From assembly GCA_002331145.1 (NCBI GenBank), contig DCYT01000001.1, forward strand, positions 154,002-218,001: 64,000 bases of DNA, read 5' to 3'. A program made the translations under genes and the position numbers. The notes below the pieces were generated by a model, which saw only the letters and a list, made by a program, of their open reading frames with translations, was not told the origin of the DNA and ran no database searches. This DNA comes from Candidatus Minusculum obligatum (lineage in GTDB: Bacteria > Patescibacteriota > Minisyncoccia > Phycocordibacterales > Phycocordibacteraceae). Below, one piece after another: positions 37,341-45,866 of the stretch (position 1 is the stretch's first letter; every line of letters begins with the position of its first letter).

Positions 37341-38750
37341 CTACCGGCCATCCTCCCCGACATCCCCGGTCTCCACCCGCGTGATCTCACCGAGCTTTTC
37401 AGCCAGAAGGGCCACATCCTCATCGCTCACGCCATAGCGTCGATAAAGCCGTTCCAACGTTTCGCCCTGCAGCTTTGGCACGATGAAAACGCCATGGCTC
37501 TTGGTGGTCTTCACATTGAGCCGGGTGCGCACGACATGCCCCATGGCGCGCGCGCCCACCGGTTTGACCGATCGGTCCTGAAAGGCGCGGGCATGATCTG
37601 TTGCAATGGACTGCACGCTCACGCCCGGTCCTGTCTCCGCCTGCATACGCTTTTTGATGACGGTGAGCACTTCCGCTTCCAGAGATTGTCCGCGCGCATC
37701 CGCCAATGCGGCCTGAGCGGCAACCGCATGGGCCAGTATCGCTTCGCGGTCCTCTTGCGCCTCTGTCACCGACAAGAGCGGTGCCAGGATCTGATGCATA
37801 CGCGGTTCGATGGCGTGTTGGTCAACGTCCAGAGGTTTGGGGTCACCAAAGCGCGCGAACTGGGTGAAGCGATACATCAAGAGCTTGTTGCGCAGGATCG
37901 AAGCATCGGCCTCCTGCTGGCTGGGCAAGCTGATGGGCACATCGGCGCGCAAGGAGGGGTTCGAGCTGGTCTCGGTTAAAAATCGGCTCTCCAAGGCCGG
38001 ATCATCATAACGGCCGCGCATACCAATGATTTTGGGTCCGAACACCTTGAACGCGCGCGGCACGAAGTCCTTGCCATTACTGGTCTCGCTACGCAGCACC
38101 GGATAGCCTTTGACATTGCCGGCATTGAGGATTTTCGCGATGAGCGCGCTCTCGTCGGAAAACCGAAAATCTGCCTCATCGATGATCAGCGTACCGCCGA
38201 TCTGATCGAGTAGATGAAAGATCGGCGAGGTCGTTGAGGCACCCCCGGCAAAGATCGGTTTGTAACAAATCGATCCGATGACCGTGAGAAAGCGCGTCTT
38301 GCCCGTTCCATAATCGCCGCGTCGGCGCAGATAGGGCAGCTCGTTGAACCGGTCATGCACCCAGCTTAGCAGGACATAGTTGGCAGCCAGTCGCTCAAAG
38401 GCGTCCGGCACATCGACATATTTATGGATATAGGCACGGATCGCCTCGACCAGATCCGCCACCTCGCCATAATCCATCGGTGCCTGGGGCAAGCGCACCA
38501 CATTATGCTCGACCAAGGCTGCGATATTGCGCATCGGCACATAACGCGTGGCCGTGTCCGGACAATAGCTATCGAGGATCGCCGCTTTGCCGTGCCGCCA
38601 GATCGCCAGGCGCGGCTTGTCGTCCTTGCTATCAAACACCGTCTCGATGATTTCGCCAGATGGACCGATTGCCGACACGACCGGGACAAGGGTCTTGTTT
38701 TGCCTGTTGCGCTCCGACCCTTTAGGAGCGTCCTGATTATTTTGTGTCAT
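37341..38750 (-). CDS. P-loop NTPase, possibly a primase/helicase-type (D5/P4-like) replication protein of a mobile element.
   Basis: Walker A RRRGDYGTGKTRFL and Walker B GTLIIDEADF. 469 aa with no transmembrane helix. Confidence 0.45.
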   Translation of the reverse strand: MTQNNQDAPKGSERNRQNKTLVPVVSAIGPSGEIIETVFDSKDDKPRLAIWRHGKAAILDSYCPDTATRYVPMRNIAALVEHNVVRLPQAPMDYGEVADLVEAIRAYIHKYVDVPDAFERLAANYVLLSWVHDRFNELPYLRRRGDYGTGKTRFLTVIGSICYKPIFAGGASTTSPIFHLLDQIGGTLIIDEADFRFSDESALIAKILNAGNVKGYPVLRSETSNGKDFVPRAFKVFGPKIIGMRGRYDDPALESRFLTETSSNPSLRADVPISLPSQQEADASILRNKLLMYRFTQFARFGDPKPLDVDQHAIEPRMHQILAPLLSVTEAQEDREAILAHAVAAQAALADARGQSLEAEVLTVIKKRMQAETGPGVSVQSIATDHARAFQDRSVKPVGARAMGHVVRTRLNVKTTKSHGVFIVPKLQGETLERLYRRYGVSDEDVALLAEKLGEITRVETGDVGEDGR

Positions 38751-38860
38751 AGAGTTTCAGCCTACCGGCGATGCCTCTATCCCCTCAGGCTTGCTGGCGC
38801 GCGAATAGCGCGCTTCTCCAAGCCTCGTCGGATAGTCGTGGGCCAGTAGGCTTAGGGGGT

Positions 38861-39067
38861 ATGGCGAAGCCCCCTCCAAAGCCCCCACATATCGAGGTTC
38901 TGCGGACACTCCTGCCGGCCGGCTTGGCAAAGGCCGAGATCGAAGCGGAAGAAGCGCGGTTTTGGACCTATCTACGTCTCTACCGCGCAGCTGCAAAACG
39001 CGCTGTCGAAGGCGAGCAAGATTCGACTCTTTGCCATTCCGATTCTATGCTAGGAGACATTAAGTAA
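38861..39067 (+). CDS. Small hypothetical protein upstream of the terminal serine recombinase (possible directionality or regulatory factor).
   Basis: 68-aa ORF (MAKPPPKPPHIEVL...) that ends 6 bp before the recombinase ATG. No motif was recognised. Confidence 0.25.
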   Translation: MAKPPPKPPHIEVLRTLLPAGLAKAEIEAEEARFWTYLRLYRAAAKRAVEGEQDSTLCHSDSMLGDIK

Positions 39068-39073
39068 CTGTTT

Positions 39074-40609
39074 ATGAATGAATATTTTGCCTACACGCGA
39101 GTGTCGACCGCCAAACAAGGCCAAAAGGGCGTGTCGCTGCAGGAACAGCGCGACGCCATTGAGCGATACGCTCAGCGCAAGCAGATCGTGATTTCCCAGT
39201 GGTTTGAGGAACGACAGACCGCTGCCAAGACCGGACGGCCTGTGTTCAATGATATGGTTCGACGCTTGCGAAAGCGCAAAGCGGTCGGTGTCATCCTTCA
39301 CAAAGTCGACCGAGCGACCCGTAACTTTCGGGACTGGGCTGATCTGGGCGAGCTTGGTGAACTCAATATCGAGATACATTTCGCCATGGATGAGTTGGAC
39401 CTCAACTCTCGCAGCGGTCAACTCATGGCGGACATCCAAGTCGTGATGGCGGCCGACAATATTCGCAACCTTCGAGAAGAAACGAAAAAGGGTATCTATG
39501 GCCGCTTCAAGCAGGGTCTTTATCCGCTGCCAGCCCCAATGGGCTATCGCAACAACGGCCCCGGCAACCCTAAAACAATCGACCCCAAGCTCGGTCCGCT
39601 CATCGCAGAGGCGTTCGACCTCTATGCCACCGGCGAGTACTCATTTGCACCCCTCCGCGCGCATCTCGCAAAGCGAGGCCTCACCACCAGCAAGGGCAAG
39701 CCGATCTCTAAGGGCATGATGGGGCGCATCCTCAACAATCCCTTCTACATGGGGCTGATTAAGGTCAGGCGAACAGGCGAGACCTTCCAGGGCGTACACG
39801 ATCCATTGATATCGCCGACAACGTTCAAACGGGTTCAAACCCGTCTGGCCGGAAAAACCGTCAATCGCGTTTGTCGGCATAGCTTTTTGTACAAGCGGCT
39901 TTTGCAATGCGGAAAGTGCCAATCCTTCTTGATCGGGGAGGTGCAGAAGGGCCGCACCTATTATCGCTGTCGTAGCGAGGGCTGCTCCGGTGCATGCATC
40001 AATGAGGTGCTCGTCACCCGTCAGGTCGAGGCCACACTGTCCAAGCTAAGGCTCTCGGAAGCGGAGGCAAAAAAGCTGGCTGATGCATTTGAAGCCATCG
40101 AACAGGAAGAAGGCTCTGAACTCGCCGACGAGCGCCAACGCATTGTCGCGCGCCACGCGCACTTGGAACAGCGCCTCGATCGGCTGGACGAATTGGTCTT
40201 GGACGAAACCATGACCCGTGAAAGCTACCGCCGCCAGCATGAGCGCATCATTTGTGAGCAAAATGAGCTCAAGCAAGACATGGCGAAACTAGGCGCTTCA
40301 GGGGCCGCGAAACGTGAACGGTTCGAAAAATTCTTCGAACTCGTGCAAAGCCCGTCATTGAGCCATTTTTCTCAAGATCGGGCTGAAATGCGCGAAATCC
40401 TGAAAACGACTACTTCGAACTTTTGGGTGGACGGAAAAAACGTCTCTGTTGAGCTGTTTTTGAGCTATCAAGCGCTCGAAAAACGCCACTCCGTCCCTAC
40501 TGGCTACCCGACAGGGATTCGAACCCCAATTTCTTGGACCAAAACCAAGCGTCCTACCATTAGACGATCGGGTAATTACTTACCTCTTAGGCATCATCTT
40601 GCCCAATAA
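39074..40609 (+). CDS. Large serine recombinase (integrase-type) at the terminus of the high-GC segment. The ORF reads through the antisense of tRNA-Gln, so its true C-terminus is uncertain.
   Basis: The N-terminus YTRVSTAKQGQKGVSLQEQ has the catalytic Ser. A resolvase domain (VGVILHKVDRATRN), a recombinase domain and a zinc-ribbon (CGKCQS...YYRCRSEGC) plus a coiled-coil follow. The last about 35 codons overlap the tRNA on the opposite strand. Confidence 0.85.
   Translation: MNEYFAYTRVSTAKQGQKGVSLQEQRDAIERYAQRKQIVISQWFEERQTAAKTGRPVFNDMVRRLRKRKAVGVILHKVDRATRNFRDWADLGELGELNIEIHFAMDELDLNSRSGQLMADIQVVMAADNIRNLREETKKGIYGRFKQGLYPLPAPMGYRNNGPGNPKTIDPKLGPLIAEAFDLYATGEYSFAPLRAHLAKRGLTTSKGKPISKGMMGRILNNPFYMGLIKVRRTGETFQGVHDPLISPTTFKRVQTRLAGKTVNRVCRHSFLYKRLLQCGKCQSFLIGEVQKGRTYYRCRSEGCSGACINEVLVTRQVEATLSKLRLSEAEAKKLADAFEAIEQEEGSELADERQRIVARHAHLEQRLDRLDELVLDETMTRESYRRQHERIICEQNELKQDMAKLGASGAAKRERFEKFFELVQSPSLSHFSQDRAEMREILKTTTSNFWVDGKNVSVELFLSYQALEKRHSVPTGYPTGIRTPISWTKTKRPTIRRSGNYLPLRHHLAQ
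40501..40574 (-). tRNA. tRNA-Gln (anticodon UUG), with CCA encoded.
   Basis: Manually folded reverse complement TACCCGATCGTCTAATGGTAGGACGCTTGGTTTTGGTCCAAGAAATTGGGGTTCGAATCCCTGTCGGGTAGCCA. The 7-bp acceptor stem, D-arm, anticodon loop UUUUGGU and TPsiC loop TTCGAAT all pair. Confidence 0.8.
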
Positions 40610-41612
40610 GTTTGATTACTGCAAGTTCTAGAGGAAGAGAAGGAATTGGAGCAAAGCGCATTTCCTTACTTGCCTCAAGATGAGCTATAAGAGCTGCAGG
40701 AGATATTGCACCTGTAAGCTCTTTCATTTGAGCAACTTCATCCTCTCCATACTGGGCTATAAAGTCCTTTTCCATACTTGCCACGCTCTTTAGAAGCAAC
40801 ACTGCTCGAAGATAATCAAGCACAAGTGTAAGGAAGGTGCGCATATCAACTCCAGACTCTTCAGCTGAAGCTATAGAAGAAAGCGCTTTCTCTTTCTCCC
40901 CTTTTAGTGTTCCTTCTACATAGTCACTTATAAGCTTTCTCTTTGGAGCTCCAGTTACTTCCTCTACCTCATCTACTGATACTTTCTTATCTTTAGATGA
41001 AGCATGAATCTTCTGCAAGATTGAAAGCGCATCTCTAAATGATCCATCTGCAAGAAGTGCTATAAGTTCTGCAGCTGATGTCTCAAGTTCAAACTCTTCT
41101 TTCTTCGAAACTTTACTTACAACACTTGTAAGTACTTTTCGTGAAGGCTTTTTAAAGGTAAAAGTCTGGCAACGAGAAACAATAGTCTCTGGAAGTTTAT
41201 CTGTCTCTGTTGTAGCAAGAATGAATACAACATGCTTTGGCGGCTCTTCTAAAGTTTTAAGAAATGCGTTGAAGGCACTCTTTGAAAGCATGTGTACCTC
41301 ATCGATAATGTAGACCTTGTATGGAGAATCAAATGGAAGTGTATATACATTCTCTGAAAGCTCTCGAATATTATCTACTCCTGTGTGAGATGCAGCATCA
41401 ATCTCATAGAGATCATTTTCAGTACATCCAATAGCTTTTGCAAAGATACGAGCAATAGTTGTCTTTCCAAGACCTCGAGAACCCGCAAAGAGATATGCGT
41501 GCCCTATGTTTTCTTGTTCAATAGCACCTTCTAGAACTTTTGTTATGTGATCTTGTCCTACTACCTCTGAGAATTTTTTCGGACGATACTTTCGATAGAG
41601 CGCTTCTGCCAT
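40587..41612 (-). CDS. dnaX: DNA polymerase III subunit gamma/tau (short form).
   Basis: MAEALYRKYRPKKFSEVVGQ...GHAYLFAGSRGLGKTTIARIFAKAIGC is the clamp-loader AAA+ signature. The likely start is the internal Met of the 370-aa ORF. Confidence 0.85.
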   Translation of the reverse strand: MAEALYRKYRPKKFSEVVGQDHITKVLEGAIEQENIGHAYLFAGSRGLGKTTIARIFAKAIGCTENDLYEIDAASHTGVDNIRELSENVYTLPFDSPYKVYIIDEVHMLSKSAFNAFLKTLEEPPKHVVFILATTETDKLPETIVSRCQTFTFKKPSRKVLTSVVSKVSKKEEFELETSAAELIALLADGSFRDALSILQKIHASSKDKKVSVDEVEEVTGAPKRKLISDYVEGTLKGEKEKALSSIASAEESGVDMRTFLTLVLDYLRAVLLLKSVASMEKDFIAQYGEDEVAQMKELTGAISPAALIAHLEASKEMRFAPIPSLPLELAVIKLIGQDDA

Positions 41613-41679
41613 ATGGGACGAGTATACCATTAAAGAAAAAGCGCCGCCTGGGTATAAAACCCGGCGACGCTGAAATTGA

Positions 41680-41919
41680 TCAAAATGCTGAACGCACATA
41701 CCTGCGTTCGCAAATACGAGCCGCGAACCGCTTCACAAGACCATTTTCGGTATTGTCTTTACGGCCTTCTTCACGAAGCCCGTCTGCAATAGCACGAACC
41801 TGCCTTTTCTGAACAACGCTGGAATCAGCACAGTTGCCCCAAAGAACTTCCCATTCATACTTTGCAAGAGCTTTGGCGCGGCTGATGATTGCTCTCATTT
41901 GAGCAAAGGTCATAACCAC
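41680..41919 (-). CDS. Small hypothetical protein (79 aa) in a locally GC-richer patch.
   Basis: ORF only; no motif recognised. Confidence 0.25.
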   Translation of the reverse strand: MVMTFAQMRAIISRAKALAKYEWEVLWGNCADSSVVQKRQVRAIADGLREEGRKDNTENGLVKRFAARICERRYVRSAF

Positions 41920-41949
41920 CTCCTCTAACTACCATAAATAAAAGTACAA

Positions 41950-42912
41950 TTAAATTATTTTCTCGTCAATGAGAATCTTTTCTACCTCCTCCCTACTCTT
42001 TGTTTCAAATAATTTAGCTCTTAGCTCTGCAGCACCATCAAATCCATTTGCATACGCCTTATAATGCTTTCTCATTATTGAAAAATTCTTTTGTGGAAGC
42101 AGCTCTTCATACAACTTTGTATGCTCAAACATTACTTTCAGCTTCTCGTCTTTTGAAACTTCCTTTCCACTGAAAAACCATGGGTTTCCAAAAATTCCAC
42201 GACCAACCATAACGCCATCACACCCCGTCTCTTCTATCTTCTTATTTCCATCTTCAATACTCTCCACATCCCCATTCCCAAGAATAAGAGTGTCTGGAGC
42301 AAGCTCATCTCGAAGCGCAACAATACGCGGCATAAGCTCCCAATGCGCTGCCACCTTACTCATTTCTTTTCGAGTACGTAGATGCACAGTTAAACAAACT
42401 AGATCCTGAGAGAGAAGCTCTGGAATCCAAGCATCAATTTCTTCTTTGTTATACCCAATACGAGTTTTAACAGACACGGGAAGTCCTGACTTCTTTGCAG
42501 CCTGGATTACCTTCTTTGCAGTCTCCGGATCTTTCATATGTGCTGCTCCTGCTCCTTGCTTCTCAATAGATCTGTCAGGACACCCCATATTGATATCAAT
42601 CCCATCAAACCCAAGCTTCGCGCAAAGCTTTGCCGCATACTCCATATTCTCTGGATTACTTGAAAAAAGCTGAGCAACAATTGGAGACTCTTCTTTAGTA
42701 AACAAAAGAGATTGCATAAGGGGATTTTCCTCATCCTTCATGCCTACCTTCTCTCGCGTAGCATAGAGTCCGTCTGCTGCGACAAACTCAGTCCACATAA
42801 CATCAGGCTTTCCATACTTTGCAATTACAGACCGAAAAGCCACGTCCGTGACATCTGCCATCGGCGCTAATACAAAAAGTGGCTTCTTCAGTGTCTGCCA
42901 AAAGTTATTCAT
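41950..42912 (-). CDS. dus: tRNA-dihydrouridine synthase.
   Basis: FVLAPMADVTD...DGIDINMGCP...VSVKTRIG is a Dus TIM-barrel/FMN signature. Confidence 0.85.
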   Translation of the reverse strand: MNNFWQTLKKPLFVLAPMADVTDVAFRSVIAKYGKPDVMWTEFVAADGLYATREKVGMKDEENPLMQSLLFTKEESPIVAQLFSSNPENMEYAAKLCAKLGFDGIDINMGCPDRSIEKQGAGAAHMKDPETAKKVIQAAKKSGLPVSVKTRIGYNKEEIDAWIPELLSQDLVCLTVHLRTRKEMSKVAAHWELMPRIVALRDELAPDTLILGNGDVESIEDGNKKIEETGCDGVMVGRGIFGNPWFFSGKEVSKDEKLKVMFEHTKLYEELLPQKNFSIMRKHYKAYANGFDGAAELRAKLFETKSREEVEKILIDEKII

Positions 42913-43678
42913 TACGCTTAATGTATACCCGCTTCCCAAAGCGCATGTCAATATATAGAACCTCTTCTAGATTTTCTATTCCCTCAAGAACTGATGGAAA
43001 GGCCTCTGCAATTTGAGCTTCTTCTCCAAGCACATACTCAAGCCTTGGACCTGACACAAGTTCTAATACCACCTCATCTGGATTACGAAATGAAATACTT
43101 TTTGTTTCTTGCCCTAATGTCTCGAGTGCTTTTCTAAGAGAATTTACTTTAGAAACCGCACCTTCTTCAAAAATTGTATTTCGTAAAGCTGGCCCATCAT
43201 CTGCAAGTAACCCATATATAGGAATGAGCTCTTGATCTGCTTGCGCAAATATAAACCCTTCATTGTCTGCTGCCATACACGGTGTACTTGTAGCTTCTGT
43301 GCACCATGCAAACTTTGCTACCCGCTCTGCAATTGATACATCGATACTTGTAAAACTAGTTTGTGCCACTGATGCAGAATGTATCCGCGGAAATGCGTCT
43401 TTAAGAGTTTTTTCTATTTCCTCTTCTGAGACTAAGAAAATACTGTCTTTGGGAAAAATATAAAAACGTGCACCCGAGAGCACTTCTTCTACCTTTTCTC
43501 CAATTATGTGAGGCAAGAGAACCTGCGCTCCTGATACAGCAACAGAATCTATTCGAACTTCAGGGCGCCATACTCCATATGCTCCTCCTCCAAATAAAAT
43601 GGAGATAAGTAAAATGCCAAGAAGCGTATATAGCCTGATGATTATGGTGCGGCGCTCTTTAAGACGACGCTTTCCCAT
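42905..43678 (-). CDS. ftsQ: FtsQ/DivIB-like cell-division protein (POTRA).
   Basis: N-terminal transmembrane anchor then POTRA-like region. The position (before serS) and size are consistent. Weak call. Confidence 0.45.
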   Translation of the reverse strand: MGKRRLKERRTIIIRLYTLLGILLISILFGGGAYGVWRPEVRIDSVAVSGAQVLLPHIIGEKVEEVLSGARFYIFPKDSIFLVSEEEIEKTLKDAFPRIHSASVAQTSFTSIDVSIAERVAKFAWCTEATSTPCMAADNEGFIFAQADQELIPIYGLLADDGPALRNTIFEEGAVSKVNSLRKALETLGQETKSISFRNPDEVVLELVSGPRLEYVLGEEAQIAEAFPSVLEGIENLEEVLYIDMRFGKRVYIKRNE

Positions 43679-43679
43679 A

Positions 43680-44939
43680 TTATTTAATTACTTCCTTGCC
43701 CATGTACGGCACAAGCACTTCAGGAACCGTAATGCTTCCATCTTCGTTCTGGTAGTTCTCAATAAGAGGAACTAGAAGTCGTGGCGTTGCCATAAATGTA
43801 TTGTTCAGAGAGTGAGCAAAACGAACCTCTCCATCTTCATCTCGATACCTGATACCTAGACGACGTGTTTGGAAATCATGGAAGTATGAAGACGAGTGAG
43901 TCTCCCTATACTTCTCTTCAGTTGGCACCCATGCCTCAAGATCGTATTTCTTCACCTGCCCTAATCCTAGGTCTCCTCCACAATTAACTACCGCATGGTA
44001 TGGAAGCTTAAGAGCCTGCAGCATCTCCTCTGCATTTGCTGTAAGTTCTTCGTGATATTTTACACTCGCCTCGTGTGACGCTTCACACAAAAGCACCTGT
44101 TCAAACTTAAAGAACTCATGCACTCGAACAAGTCCCTTTGTGTCCTTTCCGTGAGATCCTGCCTCTCGCCTAAAACAGGGAGAGAAAGAGAAGTACTTCA
44201 TCGGAAATTCTTTCTTATCAAGAATTTCATTCATGTGGAGCCCCATGGTTGCAACCTCTCCAGTACCAGCTAAGTACTCTCCGTCTTGTGTCTTGTATAG
44301 ATCCTCTTCAGATTGTGGAAGATATCCTGTTCCAAAGAACGGCTCCCCTCGAACAAGTGATGGCACTACCATTGGCACAAAATCTTTCTTAGAGAAGAAG
44401 TCCATTGCAAATTGCCATAGAGCAAAGTTAAGTCGTGCTCCATCTCCTTTGAGGAAGTATCCTCGGAATCCTGAAACTTTTGCGCCACGCTCAAGATCAA
44501 CCATGTCGAGGTTTTCCATAAGCTCTATATGACTTTTTGGAGTAAATGAAAATGTTGGTTTTTCTCCCCAGACTCTAATCTCTTCATTATCAGAATCTTC
44601 CTTTCCTTCAGGAACTGACATGTCAGGCACATTAGGAACCTCGACCATAAGATTCCGCCACTTCTGGATAACTTCTTTTAGCTTTTCCTCGTCATTCTTC
44701 AATTTGTCTTTAAGAAGTTTTGATTCTGCGATTTTTACCTCTCGCTCACCTCCCTCAAGCTTTGGAATCTCTTCACTAATCTTATTTTGCTCAGCGCGTC
44801 TATCATCAACCTTCTGCTGAAGCTCTCTCCTCTCATCATCTACTTTTAATAGAGCATCGATATCTACATCGATGTGTTTCTTTTTGGCACCAGCTTTCAC
44901 AATATCGCTGTGCTCTTTAATGAAATTTATATCCAACAT
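43680..44939 (-). CDS. serS: Seryl-tRNA synthetase.
   Basis: N-terminal coiled-coil arm plus class II aaRS motifs (…GTGEVATMGLHM…, …RFAHSLNNTF…). Confidence 0.9.
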   Translation of the reverse strand: MLDINFIKEHSDIVKAGAKKKHIDVDIDALLKVDDERRELQQKVDDRRAEQNKISEEIPKLEGGEREVKIAESKLLKDKLKNDEEKLKEVIQKWRNLMVEVPNVPDMSVPEGKEDSDNEEIRVWGEKPTFSFTPKSHIELMENLDMVDLERGAKVSGFRGYFLKGDGARLNFALWQFAMDFFSKKDFVPMVVPSLVRGEPFFGTGYLPQSEEDLYKTQDGEYLAGTGEVATMGLHMNEILDKKEFPMKYFSFSPCFRREAGSHGKDTKGLVRVHEFFKFEQVLLCEASHEASVKYHEELTANAEEMLQALKLPYHAVVNCGGDLGLGQVKKYDLEAWVPTEEKYRETHSSSYFHDFQTRRLGIRYRDEDGEVRFAHSLNNTFMATPRLLVPLIENYQNEDGSITVPEVLVPYMGKEVIK

Positions 44940-44967
44940 AATCTGCTACAGTAAATACTACTGTACT

Positions 44968-45834
44968 ATGCCAGAGGATGTGTACCAAGTCTCTAAAGAA
45001 TCTTTTCCTGGGACACTCAGGCATATCGCCGACCCTCCTAAAACACTCTATGTGCGAGGGAAACTTCCTCCCAAAGACCACAAGTTACTTTGCATCGTTG
45101 GCTCTCGGGCACTAAGTGACTATGGAAGACGTGTACTTACTCACTTTTTTAAAACACTCCAGGGCCATCCTATATCTATAGTCTCAGGATTAGCCCTTGG
45201 TACTGATGGATTAGCTCACAAACTAGCCTTACAGCACGGCCTCCATACTATTGCGGTGCCAGGCTCTGGAATAAGTGACAAGGCACTCTATCCAAAAACA
45301 CATGCATACCTTGCTCAAAATATACTAGAGTCAGGTGGCGCACTCCTTTCTGAATTCCCTCCTGAGTTTAGAGCGCAGATGTGGTCCTTTGCTAAGAGAA
45401 ATAGAATTATGGCAGGAATGAGTGATGCTGTTTTTATGCTTGAAGCTGGAGAGAAAAGCGGGACACTCATAACAGCAAAAATGAGTGCTGAGTACAATAA
45501 GGAACTTTGTACTATTCCTCACCCACTCTTTAGTGAGCACGGGAAAGGCCCACATCAATTCTTGCGACTTGGCGCGACTATTGTTACAGAAGCCGAACAC
45601 CTTCTAGAGATACTTGGCCTTGATATAGAGCAGCAAGATCTCTCTGTATCACTGCGACCTCTTGAGAGAAAAGTTCTTGATTTACTTGATACCCCACAAA
45701 CACTTGAGCAACTTATTCTTCTTTTAAGTCTTCCTCGAGAAGATATTTTATCTTTACTATCAGGTCTTGAACTTAAAGGAATTATAAGCTCAGAAGGTGG
45801 CGCATACGTATCTATACGCAATAGAAAGACTTGA
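44968..45834 (+). CDS. dprA: DNA-processing protein DprA (Smf).
   Basis: Rossmann-like DprA core GSRALSDYGRRVL...VSGLALGTDGLAHKLAL...VPGSGI plus a C-terminal winged-helix domain. Confidence 0.85.
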   Translation: MPEDVYQVSKESFPGTLRHIADPPKTLYVRGKLPPKDHKLLCIVGSRALSDYGRRVLTHFFKTLQGHPISIVSGLALGTDGLAHKLALQHGLHTIAVPGSGISDKALYPKTHAYLAQNILESGGALLSEFPPEFRAQMWSFAKRNRIMAGMSDAVFMLEAGEKSGTLITAKMSAEYNKELCTIPHPLFSEHGKGPHQFLRLGATIVTEAEHLLEILGLDIEQQDLSVSLRPLERKVLDLLDTPQTLEQLILLLSLPREDILSLLSGLELKGIISSEGGAYVSIRNRKT

Positions 45835-45866
45835 CCTTACATATATAAGTGCGGTATGCAGTGTGC

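Noticed and set aside
40501-40609. The last about 35 codons of the serine recombinase ORF as a genuine protein tail
   Set aside because: This stretch is the antisense of tRNA-Gln and of AT-rich intergenic DNA. The ORF probably just runs on until the first stop. I kept the ORF coordinates but do not regard the tail as functional sequence.
41640-41670. Possible hairpin GCGCCGCCTGGGTATAAAACCCGGCGACGC downstream of dnaX start region
   Set aside because: The arms do not pair well when written out (several mismatches). It lies inside the 5' leader of a gene, so it is probably not a structured element.
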